Made by a program: the position numbers and the translations under genes
Source: Sulfurihydrogenibium sp.
Lineage (GTDB): Bacteria > Aquificota > Aquificia > Aquificales > Hydrogenothermaceae
Reading direction: 5' to 3'
DNA length: 32,750 bases
NCBI GenBank assembly: GCA_037442825.1
Contig: JBBIPN010000006.1
Span: 1-32,750, forward strand
Notes under the pieces: model-generated
Seen by the model: only the letters and a program-made list of their open reading frames with translations
The model's database searches: none
What the model was told of the DNA's origin: nothing
Shown here: piece after piece, positions 1 through 10,561 of the stretch
How positions within the stretch are numbered: the first letter of the stretch is position 1
How the letters are laid out: each line of letters starts with the position of its first letter

Positions 1-1
1 C

Positions 2-157
2 TCCTGCTTTTAAATCTTTTATATCTTTAGCTTTCCTGATAAAAGTTAAATCATTTTCACCAGCTGTTTCTATACTTTTAATTCCCTTTATTTCAATATC
101 TTCTTTAAAGTTTATAATACTACCATTAACAATTTTTGCAATCTCTCCTAACTTCAT
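2..157 (-). CDS. lpxD: UDP-3-O-acyl-glucosamine N-acyltransferase LpxD, N-terminal part (runs off window edge)
   Basis: Manual translation MKLGEIAKIVNGSIINFKEDIEIKGIKSIETAGENDLTFI matches the LpxD N-terminal pattern. ATG (157-155) overlaps the skp TGA stop (ATGA). Conserved bamA-skp-lpxD order. Confidence 0.85.
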   Translation of the reverse strand, partial: MKLGEIAKIVNGSIINFKEDIEIKGIKSIETAGENDLTFIRKAKDIKDLKAG

Positions 158-654
158 TTTTGCTTGTTATACTCCTTCAAAACTTCATCTGTTATGTCTA
201 TTTTTTTATCTGCATAAAGTACACCACTTAAAAGACCACCGTAAAATACTATATCTATATTCTTATTTTTTGCTACTTTAGCTGCTACACCTTTTATCTC
301 TGATATCATTTTCTTTTCAGCTTCTGCTTTCATTTTAGCTAACTCTTCATTTGCTTGAGCTTCAAGGTTTTGTAACTGTCTTGCCAAATCTCTAAGTTCT
401 TTTCTCTTTTCTTCTTTAACCTTATTGTTTAATGTTGGACTTTGAAGTTGCTTCTGTATGTTTTCAATCTTATCTTGTAATTCTTGAGCTTTTGTTTGAT
501 AGTATCTTAATTTTGACTCTAAATTTTGTTTATAATTTTTCCCTTTCTCTGAATTATTCATAACTTTATCAATCTCTACATAAGCAAATGTTGCTGCTTT
601 AGAATAACTTAAAAATGCCAATAAAATTAAAAAAATAGATAAGAACTTTTTCAA
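154..654 (-). CDS. skp: OmpH/Skp periplasmic chaperone
   Basis: Signal peptide, AYVEIDKV motif, long coiled coil, C-terminal VLYADKKIDITDEVLK. TTG start with GGAGG 8 nt upstream. Lies between bamA and lpxD. Confidence 0.9.
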   Translation of the reverse strand: MKKFLSIFLILLAFLSYSKAATFAYVEIDKVMNNSEKGKNYKQNLESKLRYYQTKAQELQDKIENIQKQLQSPTLNNKVKEEKRKELRDLARQLQNLEAQANEELAKMKAEAEKKMISEIKGVAAKVAKNKNIDIVFYGGLLSGVLYADKKIDITDEVLKEYNKQK

Positions 655-675
655 CTCACAAACCTCCTAAAATTA

Positions 676-3042
676 TTAAAAGAATGTTCCTAAAGTAAAT
701 CCAAACCTTGAATCACTAACACCATCAGGTGGATTTAATACTTTACCATAGTAAATTTCAATTGGAGCAAATGGTGTAATTATTTTAAGCCCAGCACCTA
801 ATGAGTTGTACATATTAGAAAAAATATTTCCTTTATCAAAACCTTTACCTTGATCTAAAAAGACATATCCCCATAAAAATCTTTCTACTATAGGATGTGA
901 TAACTGATAATTTAAAATGATCTCTCTTTTTGCACCAGCTGGTTCTTTATTACTATCAATTGGACCTGCTCTACCCCACTCAAAACCTCTTAGTGTAAAA
1001 TCCCCACCAACAAAGAAAAGCTGGTCAAGAGGAATCTCTTTAGATATTTTTTCTACAAAACCAAATGTACCTTTAATAGAGAATATAAAATCTGTGTAGA
1101 AAAATTTATCTGGGAATAACTTTGTTCCTGAAATAACAGCTTTATAGTAATCTCTTTTCCCCGTACCTACAGACAATGTTAATGATACATCACTACCTTG
1201 TGTAGGTAGAAGTGGATTATCTATAGTATTCCTATTTATAAACCAATATGTAGAATATAAGTTATATTTACCTGCTTGCTTTTTTATGTAATCTGAAGCT
1301 GTGCTTTGTATATCCTTATATTCGCCTTTTTCCAACGTTAAACCTACACCTGTAGTCCAAAAATCTTTAAACTGATATGAAATGGTTGGAGAAAATCCTG
1401 TTTTTGTAGCAATGAACGAAGTATAATCTATATAGTTATCATAGAGATTTAATCCCAAATCAAGCGGTTTGTAAAACGCCCATCTATGTAAGTAAGAAAG
1501 AGAATTATTTCTGTACTTAGAACCTATAGATAATGATAGTCCAGCTGTATCCCCTGTACCTAAAAAATTACCTTTTTTAATAGATGCAAAGAAAGATAAA
1601 CCTGTTAACTGACTATAACCAGCACCAATAGACATCTGACCAGTAAACCTTTCTGCTACTTTTACATCAACATTCATCTCATTTTCAGACTTAACTTGAG
1701 GGTCAAATCCAATCATATCGTAGTATCCAAGTTTATAAAGCTTAGCTTGGGATTTATAAAGAGTATCTTTTTTAAATACATCTCCTGGAGCAAAGAAGAG
1801 CTCTCTTCTTATTGTTGAATCTCTGGATTCATAATTTCCAGAAATATCTACTTTATCTACATAGAAAATATTACTTTTATTTATATTAAATACTAAATCT
1901 ACTTCTTTTTTATCTTTGTTAACAATCTTATTAACTTCTACATTTGCAAATATATATCCAAGGTCATTATACTTTTCCATAATATTTTTCTTTATAAATT
2001 CAACCTTTTCACCATCATAGTATTCACCTACATTTATCTTTTTCTTTTTTGTAACTTCCAACAACTCTTTACTTGTATAAAGATCATTATTTTCAACTTT
2101 CACAGAAGAAACTTTATATCTATCACCTTCTTTTACTTTTATTACAATTTTATATCTTTTACCATCTATTAAGTCTATCTCTGGTTGAGATATTTCAACA
2201 TCAAAAAATCCTTTACTTATATAAAACTCTTTTACTTTATCTATGTCTTCATATAGTGTTTCCTTTACAAGTCTTGGTCTAAACTTTAACTTAAATATAT
2301 TTCTTTCTGATGTCTCCATTACAGAAAGTATCTCTTTTGTTTTTATGTTTTTGTTACCAACAATTTCAATTTTATCAACGTAAGCTTGAGATCCTTCTTC
2401 TATTTTAAAAACTAACGTGTTTCCTTTATAATGATATTTTGCTTTTACACTATAGTAACCTTTTTTTTCATAAGCTTTTTCTAATCTTTTTATCATTTGA
2501 CCAATTTCATCGTTAGATAAAACTCTTCCGAGACCTTTCTTTATAGATGAAAGTTTCTCATTTAGTTCTGGACCTAAAGGAGAAAAAGGCAATCCTTTAC
2601 CTGTTTCAAACTTCTCTTCTAAAGAAATACCTATCTCTTTTAATAAATCTTCCCTTGAAAATGCCTTATTTCCTTCAAACTCTATCCTTTGGACAACTGG
2701 AAGTTCTCTAAAAACAAACGTTATATCTATTCCATTCTCAGTAAATCGTGTATATGTCTCAACATTAGCAAAGTATCCTAACTTATAAAGGTCTCTTATA
2801 GTATTTTCTATTGTGTCCCTTGTAACTACTGCACCATTACCAAAAGGGATAAGAGGTTTAATAATCTCTTCATTAAAATACTTTAATCCTCTTATCTCTA
2901 TTTTTCCTATTCTATATACTTTAGAAACTTCCTCTGAAATTGTTCCTGTTTTTATTTCTGATGTTTGATTTTCTTGGGCTGTAGATTTTTGAGAAGAGAA
3001 GAGAATAGCTGCAGCCAGCGATATGGCTGCAACTTTATTTAT
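676..3042 (-). CDS. bamA: Outer membrane protein assembly factor BamA (Omp85); start revised from 3297 to a probable ATA at 3042
   Basis: POTRA repeats, [12 protein letters not shown] (VRGF-like) motif, C-terminal Phe. The signal-peptide-like segment [22 protein letters not shown] begins at 3042; the track start at 3297 lies deep inside clpC. Confidence 0.9.
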   Translation of the reverse strand: MNKVAAISLAAAILFSSQKSTAQENQTSEIKTGTISEEVSKVYRIGKIEIRGLKYFNEEIIKPLIPFGNGAVVTRDTIENTIRDLYKLGYFANVETYTRFTENGIDITFVFRELPVVQRIEFEGNKAFSREDLLKEIGISLEEKFETGKGLPFSPLGPELNEKLSSIKKGLGRVLSNDEIGQMIKRLEKAYEKKGYYSVKAKYHYKGNTLVFKIEEGSQAYVDKIEIVGNKNIKTKEILSVMETSERNIFKLKFRPRLVKETLYEDIDKVKEFYISKGFFDVEISQPEIDLIDGKRYKIVIKVKEGDRYKVSSVKVENNDLYTSKELLEVTKKKKINVGEYYDGEKVEFIKKNIMEKYNDLGYIFANVEVNKIVNKDKKEVDLVFNINKSNIFYVDKVDISGNYESRDSTIRRELFFAPGDVFKKDTLYKSQAKLYKLGYYDMIGFDPQVKSENEMNVDVKVAERFTGQMSIGAGYSQLTGLSFFASIKKGNFLGTGDTAGLSLSIGSKYRNNSLSYLHRWAFYKPLDLGLNLYDNYIDYTSFIATKTGFSPTISYQFKDFWTTGVGLTLEKGEYKDIQSTASDYIKKQAGKYNLYSTYWFINRNTIDNPLLPTQGSDVSLTLSVGTGKRDYYKAVISGTKLFPDKFFYTDFIFSIKGTFGFVEKISKEIPLDQLFFVGGDFTLRGFEWGRAGPIDSNKEPAGAKREIILNYQLSHPIVERFLWGYVFLDQGKGFDKGNIFSNMYNSLGAGLKIITPFAPIEIYYGKVLNPPDGVSDSRFGFTLGTFF

Positions 3043-5483
3043 GCCATTTGAAACTCTTTCTTTTTCCTGCCTCTTCTTATTACTTTTATAGGTTTCAACA
3101 TTACCTTTCCATCTTCCATGGTTACTTCCACAGTCTGTCCAGGCTGTATTTTCCCAGCTAATATCTCTTCTGCTAACAGATCTTCTACTTGAGATTGTAA
3201 AGATCTCTTTATGCTTCTTGCACCATATTCTGGTTTGAACTCTTTCTCTATCAAGTACTCCACAAAGGAAGGGTTTAATTTTACTTTTATTTGCCATTCT
3301 TTTAACCTTTCATTTATTTCTTTAATTTGTATATCTATTATACCTTGAATTACAGATTTGTCTAAAGGTTTGAAAACTATTATTTCATCAAGCCTATTTA
3401 TAAACTCTGGGTTAAATGCTTTTCTAACTTGATCTAAAACGTTCTTCTTTAAATCTTGATAATCTAAGAGGGATGATCTTGTTTCAAATCCCATTTTACC
3501 ACTGTCAAGTATCAACTTAGCTCCAAGGTTAGAAGTCATAATTATTATTGTATTACTAAAATCAACAACTCTACCAAGAGAATCTGTTAATCTTCCATCA
3601 TCAAATATTTGTAAAAATATATTAAATACATCTGGATGAGCTTTTTCTATTTCATCAAATAGTATTACAGAGTAAGGCTTTCTTCTTACAGCTTCTGTAA
3701 GTTGTCCACCTTCTTCATATCCTACATATCCTGGAGGTGCACCTATCAATCTTGAAACTGTATGTTTTTCCATATATTCACTCATATCAAATCTAATTAA
3801 AGCATCTTCTTTTCCAAATAAGTATTCAGCTAAAGCTTTTGCTGTTTCTGTTTTACCTACACCTGTTGGTCCTAAGAATAAGAAAACACCAATAGGTCTA
3901 TGTCTACCTTTTAGTCCAACACTATTTCTTCTGATAGCTTTTGCTATTGCACTTATAGCTTCATTTTGGTCTACAACACGCTTATGTAATTCCTCTTCTA
4001 TATGTAAAAGTTTTTCTTTATTTGATTCTGTAAGTCTTGCTATAGGTATTCCAGTCCATCTTGCAATTACTTCAGCTATATCTTTTTCTGTAACTTTTGG
4101 TTTACTTTCTTTCATCTCTTCTTTCCATTTCAATTTTAATGTCTCAAGTTTTGCTCTTAATTTTACTTCCTCATCTCTTAACTTGGCTGCTCTATCAAAA
4201 TCTTCTTTCTTAATACTTTCTGTTTTTTTATCTTCAATATCTTTTATCTTTTCTTCAAGTTTTTTTAAGTTTTCTGGTAGTTGTAATTCTCTTAATCTTA
4301 CTAATGCACCAGCTTCATCTAATAAGTCGATAGCTTTATCTGGAAGTTGCCTGTCAGATATGTACCTTACTGAAAAATCTACAGCTTTTTCTATAGCATC
4401 TTTTGTAAACTCAACATTATGAAACTCTTCAAATTTATGTTTTAAACCTTCAAGTATTAAAATAGTATTTTCAGGTGATGGTGGATCAACGATTACAGGT
4501 TGGAATCTTCTTTCTAAAGCACCATCTTTTTCTATATACTTTCTGTATTCATCTAAGGTCGTAGCACCTATTACCTGTATCTCTCCCCTTGCTAAAGCTG
4601 GTTTTAACATATTAGACGCATCCAATGAACCTTCTGCTGAACCAGCTCCTACAATAGTATGTAACTCATCTATAAATAAAATTACAGAAGGATTTTTTTC
4701 TAACTCTTTTAGTATTGTTTTTAATCTTTCTTCAAACTGACCTCTATACTTTGTCCCAGCAACTAAAGATGCAAAGTCAAGAGCTACAACTCTTTTATTT
4801 AAAAGTGTCTCTGGTACTTCCTTGTTTACAATTCTTTGAGCTAAACCTTCTACAATTGCTGTTTTACCTACACCAGGTTCTCCGAGTAATACTGGATTAT
4901 TTTTTCTTCTTCTTGATAGAATTTGTATAACTCTATCTATTTCTCTATCTCTACCTATTACTGGATCTAATTTTCCTTCTTTTGCAAGAGCTGTTAAATC
5001 TCTTCCATATCTATCAAGATTTGGTGTTGGTATCTGTTTTGTTTGCTCCTGTGGCGGTATCTCCCCAAGTAAAGACAATACTTCTCTTCTTATTGAGTAC
5101 TCATCTATTCCAAAATTCCTTAAAATTCTACCACCTAAGCCAGACTTTTCTCTTGCTATACCTATTAAAAGATGTTCTGGACCTACAAACTGGTGATGAA
5201 GTATCCTTGCTTCTTCTACTGCATACTCAAGAACTCTTTTTGCATCAGGAGAAAATAGTATCTCTCCAGAATGTGTCCCCCTTGGAATCTGAGATATTAG
5301 TGTCTTCTTAACCTTATCTGGAGATAAGCCAAACTTTGATAACACTAAAACAACCATATCATCTTCTTCAATCAACGATAATAGAAGATGTTCACTTCCA
5401 AGGTAGTTATTTTTATATTTTAATGCATACTCTCTTGCATTTAGTATTACTTTCCTTGCTTTTTCTGTAAATTTTTCAAACAT
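3039..5483 (-). CDS. clpC: ATP-dependent Clp protease ATP-binding subunit ClpC
   Basis: Clp N-terminal repeats ([12 protein letters not shown]), two AAA+ modules ([16 protein letters not shown]), short UVR-type middle domain ([11 protein letters not shown]), ClpP-docking-like loop MGF. Confidence 0.92.
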   Translation of the reverse strand: MFEKFTEKARKVILNAREYALKYKNNYLGSEHLLLSLIEEDDMVVLVLSKFGLSPDKVKKTLISQIPRGTHSGEILFSPDAKRVLEYAVEEARILHHQFVGPEHLLIGIAREKSGLGGRILRNFGIDEYSIRREVLSLLGEIPPQEQTKQIPTPNLDRYGRDLTALAKEGKLDPVIGRDREIDRVIQILSRRRKNNPVLLGEPGVGKTAIVEGLAQRIVNKEVPETLLNKRVVALDFASLVAGTKYRGQFEERLKTILKELEKNPSVILFIDELHTIVGAGSAEGSLDASNMLKPALARGEIQVIGATTLDEYRKYIEKDGALERRFQPVIVDPPSPENTILILEGLKHKFEEFHNVEFTKDAIEKAVDFSVRYISDRQLPDKAIDLLDEAGALVRLRELQLPENLKKLEEKIKDIEDKKTESIKKEDFDRAAKLRDEEVKLRAKLETLKLKWKEEMKESKPKVTEKDIAEVIARWTGIPIARLTESNKEKLLHIEEELHKRVVDQNEAISAIAKAIRRNSVGLKGRHRPIGVFLFLGPTGVGKTETAKALAEYLFGKEDALIRFDMSEYMEKHTVSRLIGAPPGYVGYEEGGQLTEAVRRKPYSVILFDEIEKAHPDVFNIFLQIFDDGRLTDSLGRVVDFSNTIIIMTSNLGAKLILDSGKMGFETRSSLLDYQDLKKNVLDQVRKAFNPEFINRLDEIIVFKPLDKSVIQGIIDIQIKEINERLKEWQIKVKLNPSFVEYLIEKEFKPEYGARSIKRSLQSQVEDLLAEEILAGKIQPGQTVEVTMEDGKVMLKPIKVIRRGRKKKEFQMA

Positions 5484-5528
5484 AGCTTTTTACCTCATGT
5501 TTATTTTGACAATAAAATTTATTCCTTT

Positions 5529-6212
5529 TTATATTTTTTCAATTTTTTCTATTAAACCATCTCTTAAAAAGTAAATATAATTACAATATTTTGCTATTTC
5601 AATATCATGTGTTGCGATGATTACAGTCATATCATACTTTTGATTTAGCTTCTTAAATAACATTATAACATTTTTGGCATTTTCTGAATCTAAATTTCCA
5701 GTTGGTTCATCTGCGATTAATATTTTCGGATTATTAATAATAGCCCTTCCGATAGCTACTCTTTGTTGTTCTCCACCAGATAGTTCAGAAGGTAGATGAT
5801 TTATTCTATCTTTTAATCCTAATAAGGTTAAAGTTTCTATAACTTTATCTTTAAAATCTTTTTTATTTGCAATTTGTAGTGGCATAGCTACATTTTCAAA
5901 AGCAGTAAACTCTGGCAAAAGATAATGAAACTGGAATACAAAACCTATATTTTCATTTCTAAATTTTGATAATTTTTCATCATCAAACTTATTTATGTTT
6001 TCACCATCTATAAAAATATCACCTTCAGTAGGATAATCAATACCACCAATAATATGCAAAAGTGTACTTTTCCCAGAACCAGATGGTCCCATTATAGCAA
6101 CCATATCACCTTTTTTTATCTCTAAATCAATACCTTTTAATGCCACAACAGTTTCACCATCAGTTTTATATACCTTTTTTAAAAATTTAGATTTAATAGC
6201 TAAATCATTCAT
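5529..6212 (-). CDS. lolD: Lipoprotein-releasing ABC transporter ATP-binding protein
   Basis: Walker A GPSGSGKST, LolD motif GFVFQFHYLLPEF, signature LSGGEQQRVA, adjacent to lolC/E. Confidence 0.9.
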   Translation of the reverse strand: MNDLAIKSKFLKKVYKTDGETVVALKGIDLEIKKGDMVAIMGPSGSGKSTLLHIIGGIDYPTEGDIFIDGENINKFDDEKLSKFRNENIGFVFQFHYLLPEFTAFENVAMPLQIANKKDFKDKVIETLTLLGLKDRINHLPSELSGGEQQRVAIGRAIINNPKILIADEPTGNLDSENAKNVIMLFKKLNQKYDMTVIIATHDIEIAKYCNYIYFLRDGLIEKIEKI

Positions 6213-7416
6213 ATCTTAAAACCTCTGCAGGTATCTCTTTTGAAGCAGATATAGCTGGAAAGATTGAAGAGAGGAAACATATTAACATTGATGAAAAGAT
6301 TATTGTTATAACCTCTAAAAATCCTATTTTCATAGGAAGATATTCTATAAGGTATACTTCTGGATTTAGTTTAACTAAATGGAACGTATCACCAATATAA
6401 ACTACTAAAAGACCTAATATAGTTCCTGATGTGGTACCAATTAAACCTATGATTAAACCTTGTATTAAAAATATCTTTAATATAAATTTTCTATTGGCTC
6501 CAATAGTTTTTAAAATGGCTATCTCTTTTCTTTTTTCTCTACTTTTCGTTGCTATTAAGCTTGATATATTAAATGAAGCTACAACTACAATTAAAGCAAT
6601 AACAATAAACATTGCAAACTTTTCAAGTTGTAAAGCTTGAAATAAACTTTTATTCATATCAATCCAAGATTTTATTATAAAAGGAAAATCTATATATTTT
6701 TCTACCTTAGATTTAACTAAATCTGGATTTAAAGGATATTTTATCTTAAGTTGAATACCTGTTATTGTATCTGACATACCAAAAAAGCTTTTTGCAAAAT
6801 CTAAATCCATAGCAATAAATGTAGAATCATACTCATATATACCAAATTCTACTATACCTACTACCTTTACTTCTACCATTTTTGGTAAAAAACCTATTGC
6901 AGTTTTTCTACCAATTGGTGTTAATAGATTAAAACTATCTCCTACCCATACACCAAGAGCTAAAGCTAAATCTTTACCTATTATCACGTTATTTTCTTCT
7001 AAATCATACTTTCCTACCATTAACTTTTTATCTAAAGCCATAAAATATTTATCTTTAACTGAATCTATACCTCTTACATAAACAGGAATCATATTTGATT
7101 TATAGTTTGCAATTCCTTGAGAGTATATAAAAGGTTGATAATCTAAAACATCGGAAATATTTTTTAACTTTTTTTCTATATCATTGTAATCTTGTGTATT
7201 AAAACTGTTATCAATTTTCAATATCATTATATGTGGAGCAGTTTCTAATAATTTTGTCTTTATTCCATACATAAAACCACTCATAACAGCCATTGTAATA
7301 ATTAAAGCTGACACACCAAGTGTTATACCAATTATTGATATGATTGACATAAAAGATAATAACCTTGATTTAGTATGGAAAAGATACTTTAAAGCGATTT
7401 TAAAATAAAGTGGCAT
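6205..7416 (-). CDS. lolE: Lipoprotein-releasing ABC transporter permease (LolC/E/F family)
   Basis: N-terminal TM with AVMSGF, MacB-like periplasmic domain, C-terminal FtsX TMs ending PAEVLRYE. Confidence 0.85.
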   Translation of the reverse strand: MPLYFKIALKYLFHTKSRLLSFMSIISIIGITLGVSALIITMAVMSGFMYGIKTKLLETAPHIMILKIDNSFNTQDYNDIEKKLKNISDVLDYQPFIYSQGIANYKSNMIPVYVRGIDSVKDKYFMALDKKLMVGKYDLEENNVIIGKDLALALGVWVGDSFNLLTPIGRKTAIGFLPKMVEVKVVGIVEFGIYEYDSTFIAMDLDFAKSFFGMSDTITGIQLKIKYPLNPDLVKSKVEKYIDFPFIIKSWIDMNKSLFQALQLEKFAMFIVIALIVVVASFNISSLIATKSREKRKEIAILKTIGANRKFILKIFLIQGLIIGLIGTTSGTILGLLVVYIGDTFHLVKLNPEVYLIEYLPMKIGFLEVITIIFSSMLICFLSSIFPAISASKEIPAEVLRYE

Positions 7417-7468
7417 TACTCTCCTTAGTGTAAAATATTTAAGTAAAATTATATCATAGGAGAGGTTT

Positions 7469-8656
7469 ATGATAATAGGAACACCTTTATCTTCAAATAC
7501 AACAAAAATATTGCTTCTTGGTAGCGGAGAACTTGGAAAGGAATTTGTTATAGAAGCTTTAAGATTAGGATTAGAAGTTATTGCTGTTGATAGCTATCAA
7601 AATGCACCTGCTATGCAAGTAGCACAAAGAAGTTATGTAATAGATATGAAAAATGGACAATTTATAAAAGATATTGTATACAGAGAAAAACCAGATTTTA
7701 TCGTTCCAGAGATTGAAGCTATAGATACAGATGCATTAATAGATTTAGAAAGAGAAGGATTTAATGTTGTACCATGTGCAAATGCAGTTAAACACACAAT
7801 GAATAGAATTAGTATAAGAAGACTTGCAGCTGAAAAAGTTGGTTTAAAAACATCAAAATATGCATTTGCTTCAGATATAGATACATATAGAGAAAAAGTT
7901 AAAGAAATAGGTATTCCTTGTGTAGTAAAACCTATAATGAGCTCTTCTGGAAAAGGTCAATCTGTAGTAAGAAGTTTTGAAGAGATTGATAGAGCTTGGT
8001 ATTATGCCCAAGAAAACGCAAGAGGTAAATCTGGAGAAGTTATTATAGAAGAGTTCATAAACTTTGATTATGAGATTACTTTATTAACTGTAAGAACAAA
8101 AAATAAAGGTACATTATTCTGTGAACCTATTGGGCATATACAAGTTGATGGAGATTATTGGGAAAGTTGGCAACCTCATCCTATGTCAGAAAAAGCTTTA
8201 GAAAAAGCAAAAGAGATAGCTTATAAAATTACAGAAGAACTTGGTGGGTATGGAATTTTTGGTTGCGAAATGTTTGTAAAAGGTGACGAAGTTTGGTTTA
8301 ATGAAATCTCACCACGACCTCATGATACTGGAATGGTAACTTTAATATCTCAAAATATGTCAGAATTTGAAATACACTTAAGAGCTATTTTAGGTTTACC
8401 AATAAATATAAAACTTTTATCATCATCTGCTTCTTACTGCTTCCATGCATCTGATTACGGAGTGGCACCAAAATATAAAGGTTTAGAAGAAGCATTATCT
8501 ATAGAAGACACAAAAATTAGAATATTTGGAAAACCAAACACAAGACCTAAAAGAAGAATGGGCGTAGCACTTGCAGCAGGTAATGATATAAACGAAGCAA
8601 GGAAAAAAGCAAAACAAGCTGCACAACGTATAAAAATTTTAGTTGATAAATTATAA
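7469..8656 (+). CDS. purT: Formate-dependent phosphoribosylglycinamide formyltransferase
   Basis: [42 protein letters not shown] and RRMGVALA motifs. AGGAG RBS. Confidence 0.96.
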   Translation: MIIGTPLSSNTTKILLLGSGELGKEFVIEALRLGLEVIAVDSYQNAPAMQVAQRSYVIDMKNGQFIKDIVYREKPDFIVPEIEAIDTDALIDLEREGFNVVPCANAVKHTMNRISIRRLAAEKVGLKTSKYAFASDIDTYREKVKEIGIPCVVKPIMSSSGKGQSVVRSFEEIDRAWYYAQENARGKSGEVIIEEFINFDYEITLLTVRTKNKGTLFCEPIGHIQVDGDYWESWQPHPMSEKALEKAKEIAYKITEELGGYGIFGCEMFVKGDEVWFNEISPRPHDTGMVTLISQNMSEFEIHLRAILGLPINIKLLSSSASYCFHASDYGVAPKYKGLEEALSIEDTKIRIFGKPNTRPKRRMGVALAAGNDINEARKKAKQAAQRIKILVDKL

Positions 8657-8707
8657 AAAAAGTTGTATTATTAAATATGTTATTATTGTTAAAAATGGAG
8701 GAAAAAG

Positions 8708-9292
8708 ATGAAAAAATTATCAGTAATGGCATTGTCAACGCTGTTATCAGCTTCACTTATTTTAAGTTGTCAAAAGAAAGAAGAAACATCTACTGAAACT
8801 GAGCAATCACAACAAGAAACCATATCACAGCCAACCCAACAACCAGAGCAACAACAAACTCAGCAGGAAACAGTTCAACAACCAGAGCAAAAACTTGTAC
8901 AAAAAGAAGAACAACCAGTTCAACAGCAACAACCAGCTGAAAAACAGTTAGCAAATAAAACAACCGAAACAAAAGCAGCTGAAAGTAAAAAAGTAGAGGA
9001 GAAAAAATCAGAAGAAAAAACTGTAGCAAAAGTTGATGGAGAATCTATTTTTAAATCAAAAGGATGTACAGCATGTCACCAAGCAGCTGCTGATACAGTC
9101 GGACCTTCTTTGAAAAAGATAGCTGCTACCTATTCAGGAAAGAAAGAAGATTTAGTTAAGTTCTTAAGTGGAGAAGGAAAAGCTATAGTTGACCCAGCAA
9201 AAGAAGCTATAATGAAACCACAACTTGAAGTTACTAAAAAGTTAAGTAAAGAAGAAAAAGAAGCTTTAGCAGATTTTATTTTAAAACATTAA
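8708..9292 (+). CDS. Lipoprotein-anchored monoheme class I cytochrome c (c555/c552-like) with long Q/E/P-rich linker
   Basis: Lipobox-like LILSC, low-complexity linker, single CTACH haem motif, VGPSLK and IMKPQ (probable axial Met). Confidence 0.85.
   Translation: MKKLSVMALSTLLSASLILSCQKKEETSTETEQSQQETISQPTQQPEQQQTQQETVQQPEQKLVQKEEQPVQQQQPAEKQLANKTTETKAAESKKVEEKKSEEKTVAKVDGESIFKSKGCTACHQAAADTVGPSLKKIAATYSGKKEDLVKFLSGEGKAIVDPAKEAIMKPQLEVTKKLSKEEKEALADFILKH
8837..8890 (+). repeat. 15-bp direct repeat CAACAACCAGAGCAA (QQPEQ) x2 within the cytochrome linker
   Basis: Identical copies at 8837-8851 and 8876-8890, with degenerate QQP units nearby. Confidence 0.8.
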
Positions 9293-9314
9293 TTAAATTT
9301 GGAGGTGTGTTGTC

Positions 9315-9437
9315 ATGGAGATGACTTTTGGTGGTATTCCAAGCGCTGAAGTAATATTATTAGCTTTAATGTTGACTCAGCTTGTATTTTTGTGGGGTTC
9401 AATAATGTATAAAATGGGGACAAAAGAAGAAAAATAA
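9315..9437 (+). CDS. Small single-TM membrane protein, 40 aa (not in ORF track)
   Basis: GGAGGTG RBS at 9301-9307 and ATG at 9315. MEMTFGGIPSAEVILLALMLTQLVFLWGSIMYKMGTKEEK has one hydrophobic helix and a charged tail. Followed by a hairpin. Confidence 0.75.
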   Translation: MEMTFGGIPSAEVILLALMLTQLVFLWGSIMYKMGTKEEK

Positions 9438-9457
9438 TTGAAAAAAAACTCATTTAA

Positions 9458-9483
9458 AAGGCTGAAAATCTATATTCAGCCTT
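9458..9483 (+). terminator. Probable intrinsic terminator after the cytochrome c/small peptide pair
   Basis: AAGGCTGAA-N8-TTCAGCCTT inverted repeat; U-tract is weak. Confidence 0.55.
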
Positions 9484-9513
9484 AACCTTTAAAAAAATTA
9501 GAAAGGAGATTTT

Positions 9514-9762
9514 ATGGAGAAGAGAGCCTATGCTTTTGTTATTCCTGGATTTTTTATTACATCTGAAGATCCAAATACCATCTTCAAAGAAGATGTAACT
9601 GCTGAAGATATGGAAGAGATAGAAAATCTTTTAAAGGAAAAGTTATTTAAAGAAGGTGTAGATGTAGCAATAGCCCCTTCTATAGTACCACCCCATCAAG
9701 CAAATGAAGTTTTAAATGAATTTTCAAATGTTATATTTGGAACTGGAGAAAATAATGGTTAA
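9514..9762 (+). CDS. Hypothetical acidic protein, 82 aa
   Basis: AGGAG RBS, host-like codon use, stop overlaps the dapB start. Confidence 0.7.
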   Translation: MEKRAYAFVIPGFFITSEDPNTIFKEDVTAEDMEEIENLLKEKLFKEGVDVAIAPSIVPPHQANEVLNEFSNVIFGTGENNG

Positions 9763-10561
9763 TATAGCCATATCAGGTATTATGGGGAGAATGGGTAAAA
9801 AGATAGCAGAACTTGCTTCTGAAGATAGTAATTTAAATATTGTTGCTGGTATAGAAAATCCAGATTGTGCCCATTTACATAATACTGTAGGAGAAATAAT
9901 ATCTAAAAATATAGAGGCTCCAATAACGTCAGACATATCAAAAGTCATTGAAAATTTTGATGTACTTATAGAGTTTGCAAACAACACAGAAGCTGTTTTA
10001 GGTCATCTTAGGATACTTGCTGCAGATGAAAATAAAAAAGCAGCTGTGATAGGTACAACAGGTTTTTCTCAAAACCAAATAAAAGAAATAGAAGATCTTT
10101 CAAAAGATATACCTATAGTTTTAGCACCAAATATGAGTATAGGTGTAAACCTTTTGTTTAAATTGGTAGAAAAAGCAGCAAAAGTTTTAAAAGATAAAGG
10201 TTTTGATATTGAAGTTATTGAGATACATCATAGATTCAAAAAAGATGCACCTTCTGGTACTGCAGTTAAAATTGTTGATATCCTAAAAAAAGAAACAGAT
10301 ATTGAAAAAGTAGTTTATGGAAGAGAAGGTTTAACAGGGGAAAGAGATATTAAAGAAATCGGTGTTTTTGCTCTTAGAGGTGGTGATGTTGTTGGAGAAC
10401 ACACTGTAATATTTGCAAGTTTTGGGGAAAGAATAGAACTTACACACAGAGCAACATCGAGAGACATTTTTGCTAAAGGAGCTTTAGAAGCTGCAAAATG
10501 GATAGCTGATAAACCGGCTGGTCTATACAATATGCAAGATGTTTTAAATCTAAATGAGTAA
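9755..10561 (+). CDS. dapB: 4-hydroxy-tetrahydrodipicolinate reductase (start revised to ATG 9755)
   Basis: GIMGRMG, GTTGF, APNMSIGVN, EIHHRFKKDAPSGTA and RGGDVVGEH motifs. GGAG RBS before 9755. Confidence 0.95.
   Translation: MVNIAISGIMGRMGKKIAELASEDSNLNIVAGIENPDCAHLHNTVGEIISKNIEAPITSDISKVIENFDVLIEFANNTEAVLGHLRILAADENKKAAVIGTTGFSQNQIKEIEDLSKDIPIVLAPNMSIGVNLLFKLVEKAAKVLKDKGFDIEVIEIHHRFKKDAPSGTAVKIVDILKKETDIEKVVYGREGLTGERDIKEIGVFALRGGDVVGEHTVIFASFGERIELTHRATSRDIFAKGALEAAKWIADKPAGLYNMQDVLNLNE

Noticed and set aside
3043..3297. 85-aa N-terminal extension of BamA in the ORF track
   Set aside because: It overlaps conserved clpC coding sequence in another frame, has atypical composition, and would bury the signal peptide.
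5484..5528. CtsR or CIRCE heat-shock operator before clpC
   Set aside because: Only a single GTCAAA half-site; no direct-repeat pair or CIRCE inverted repeat.
917..6640. Short + strand ORFs (917, 2073, 4183, 4715, 4982, 6431)
   Set aside because: Antisense shadows of bamA, clpC and lolE with no recognisable motifs.
8780..9030. Repeats as a CRISPR or mobile-element signature
   Set aside because: They are in-frame low-complexity coding repeats with no repeat-spacer periodicity.
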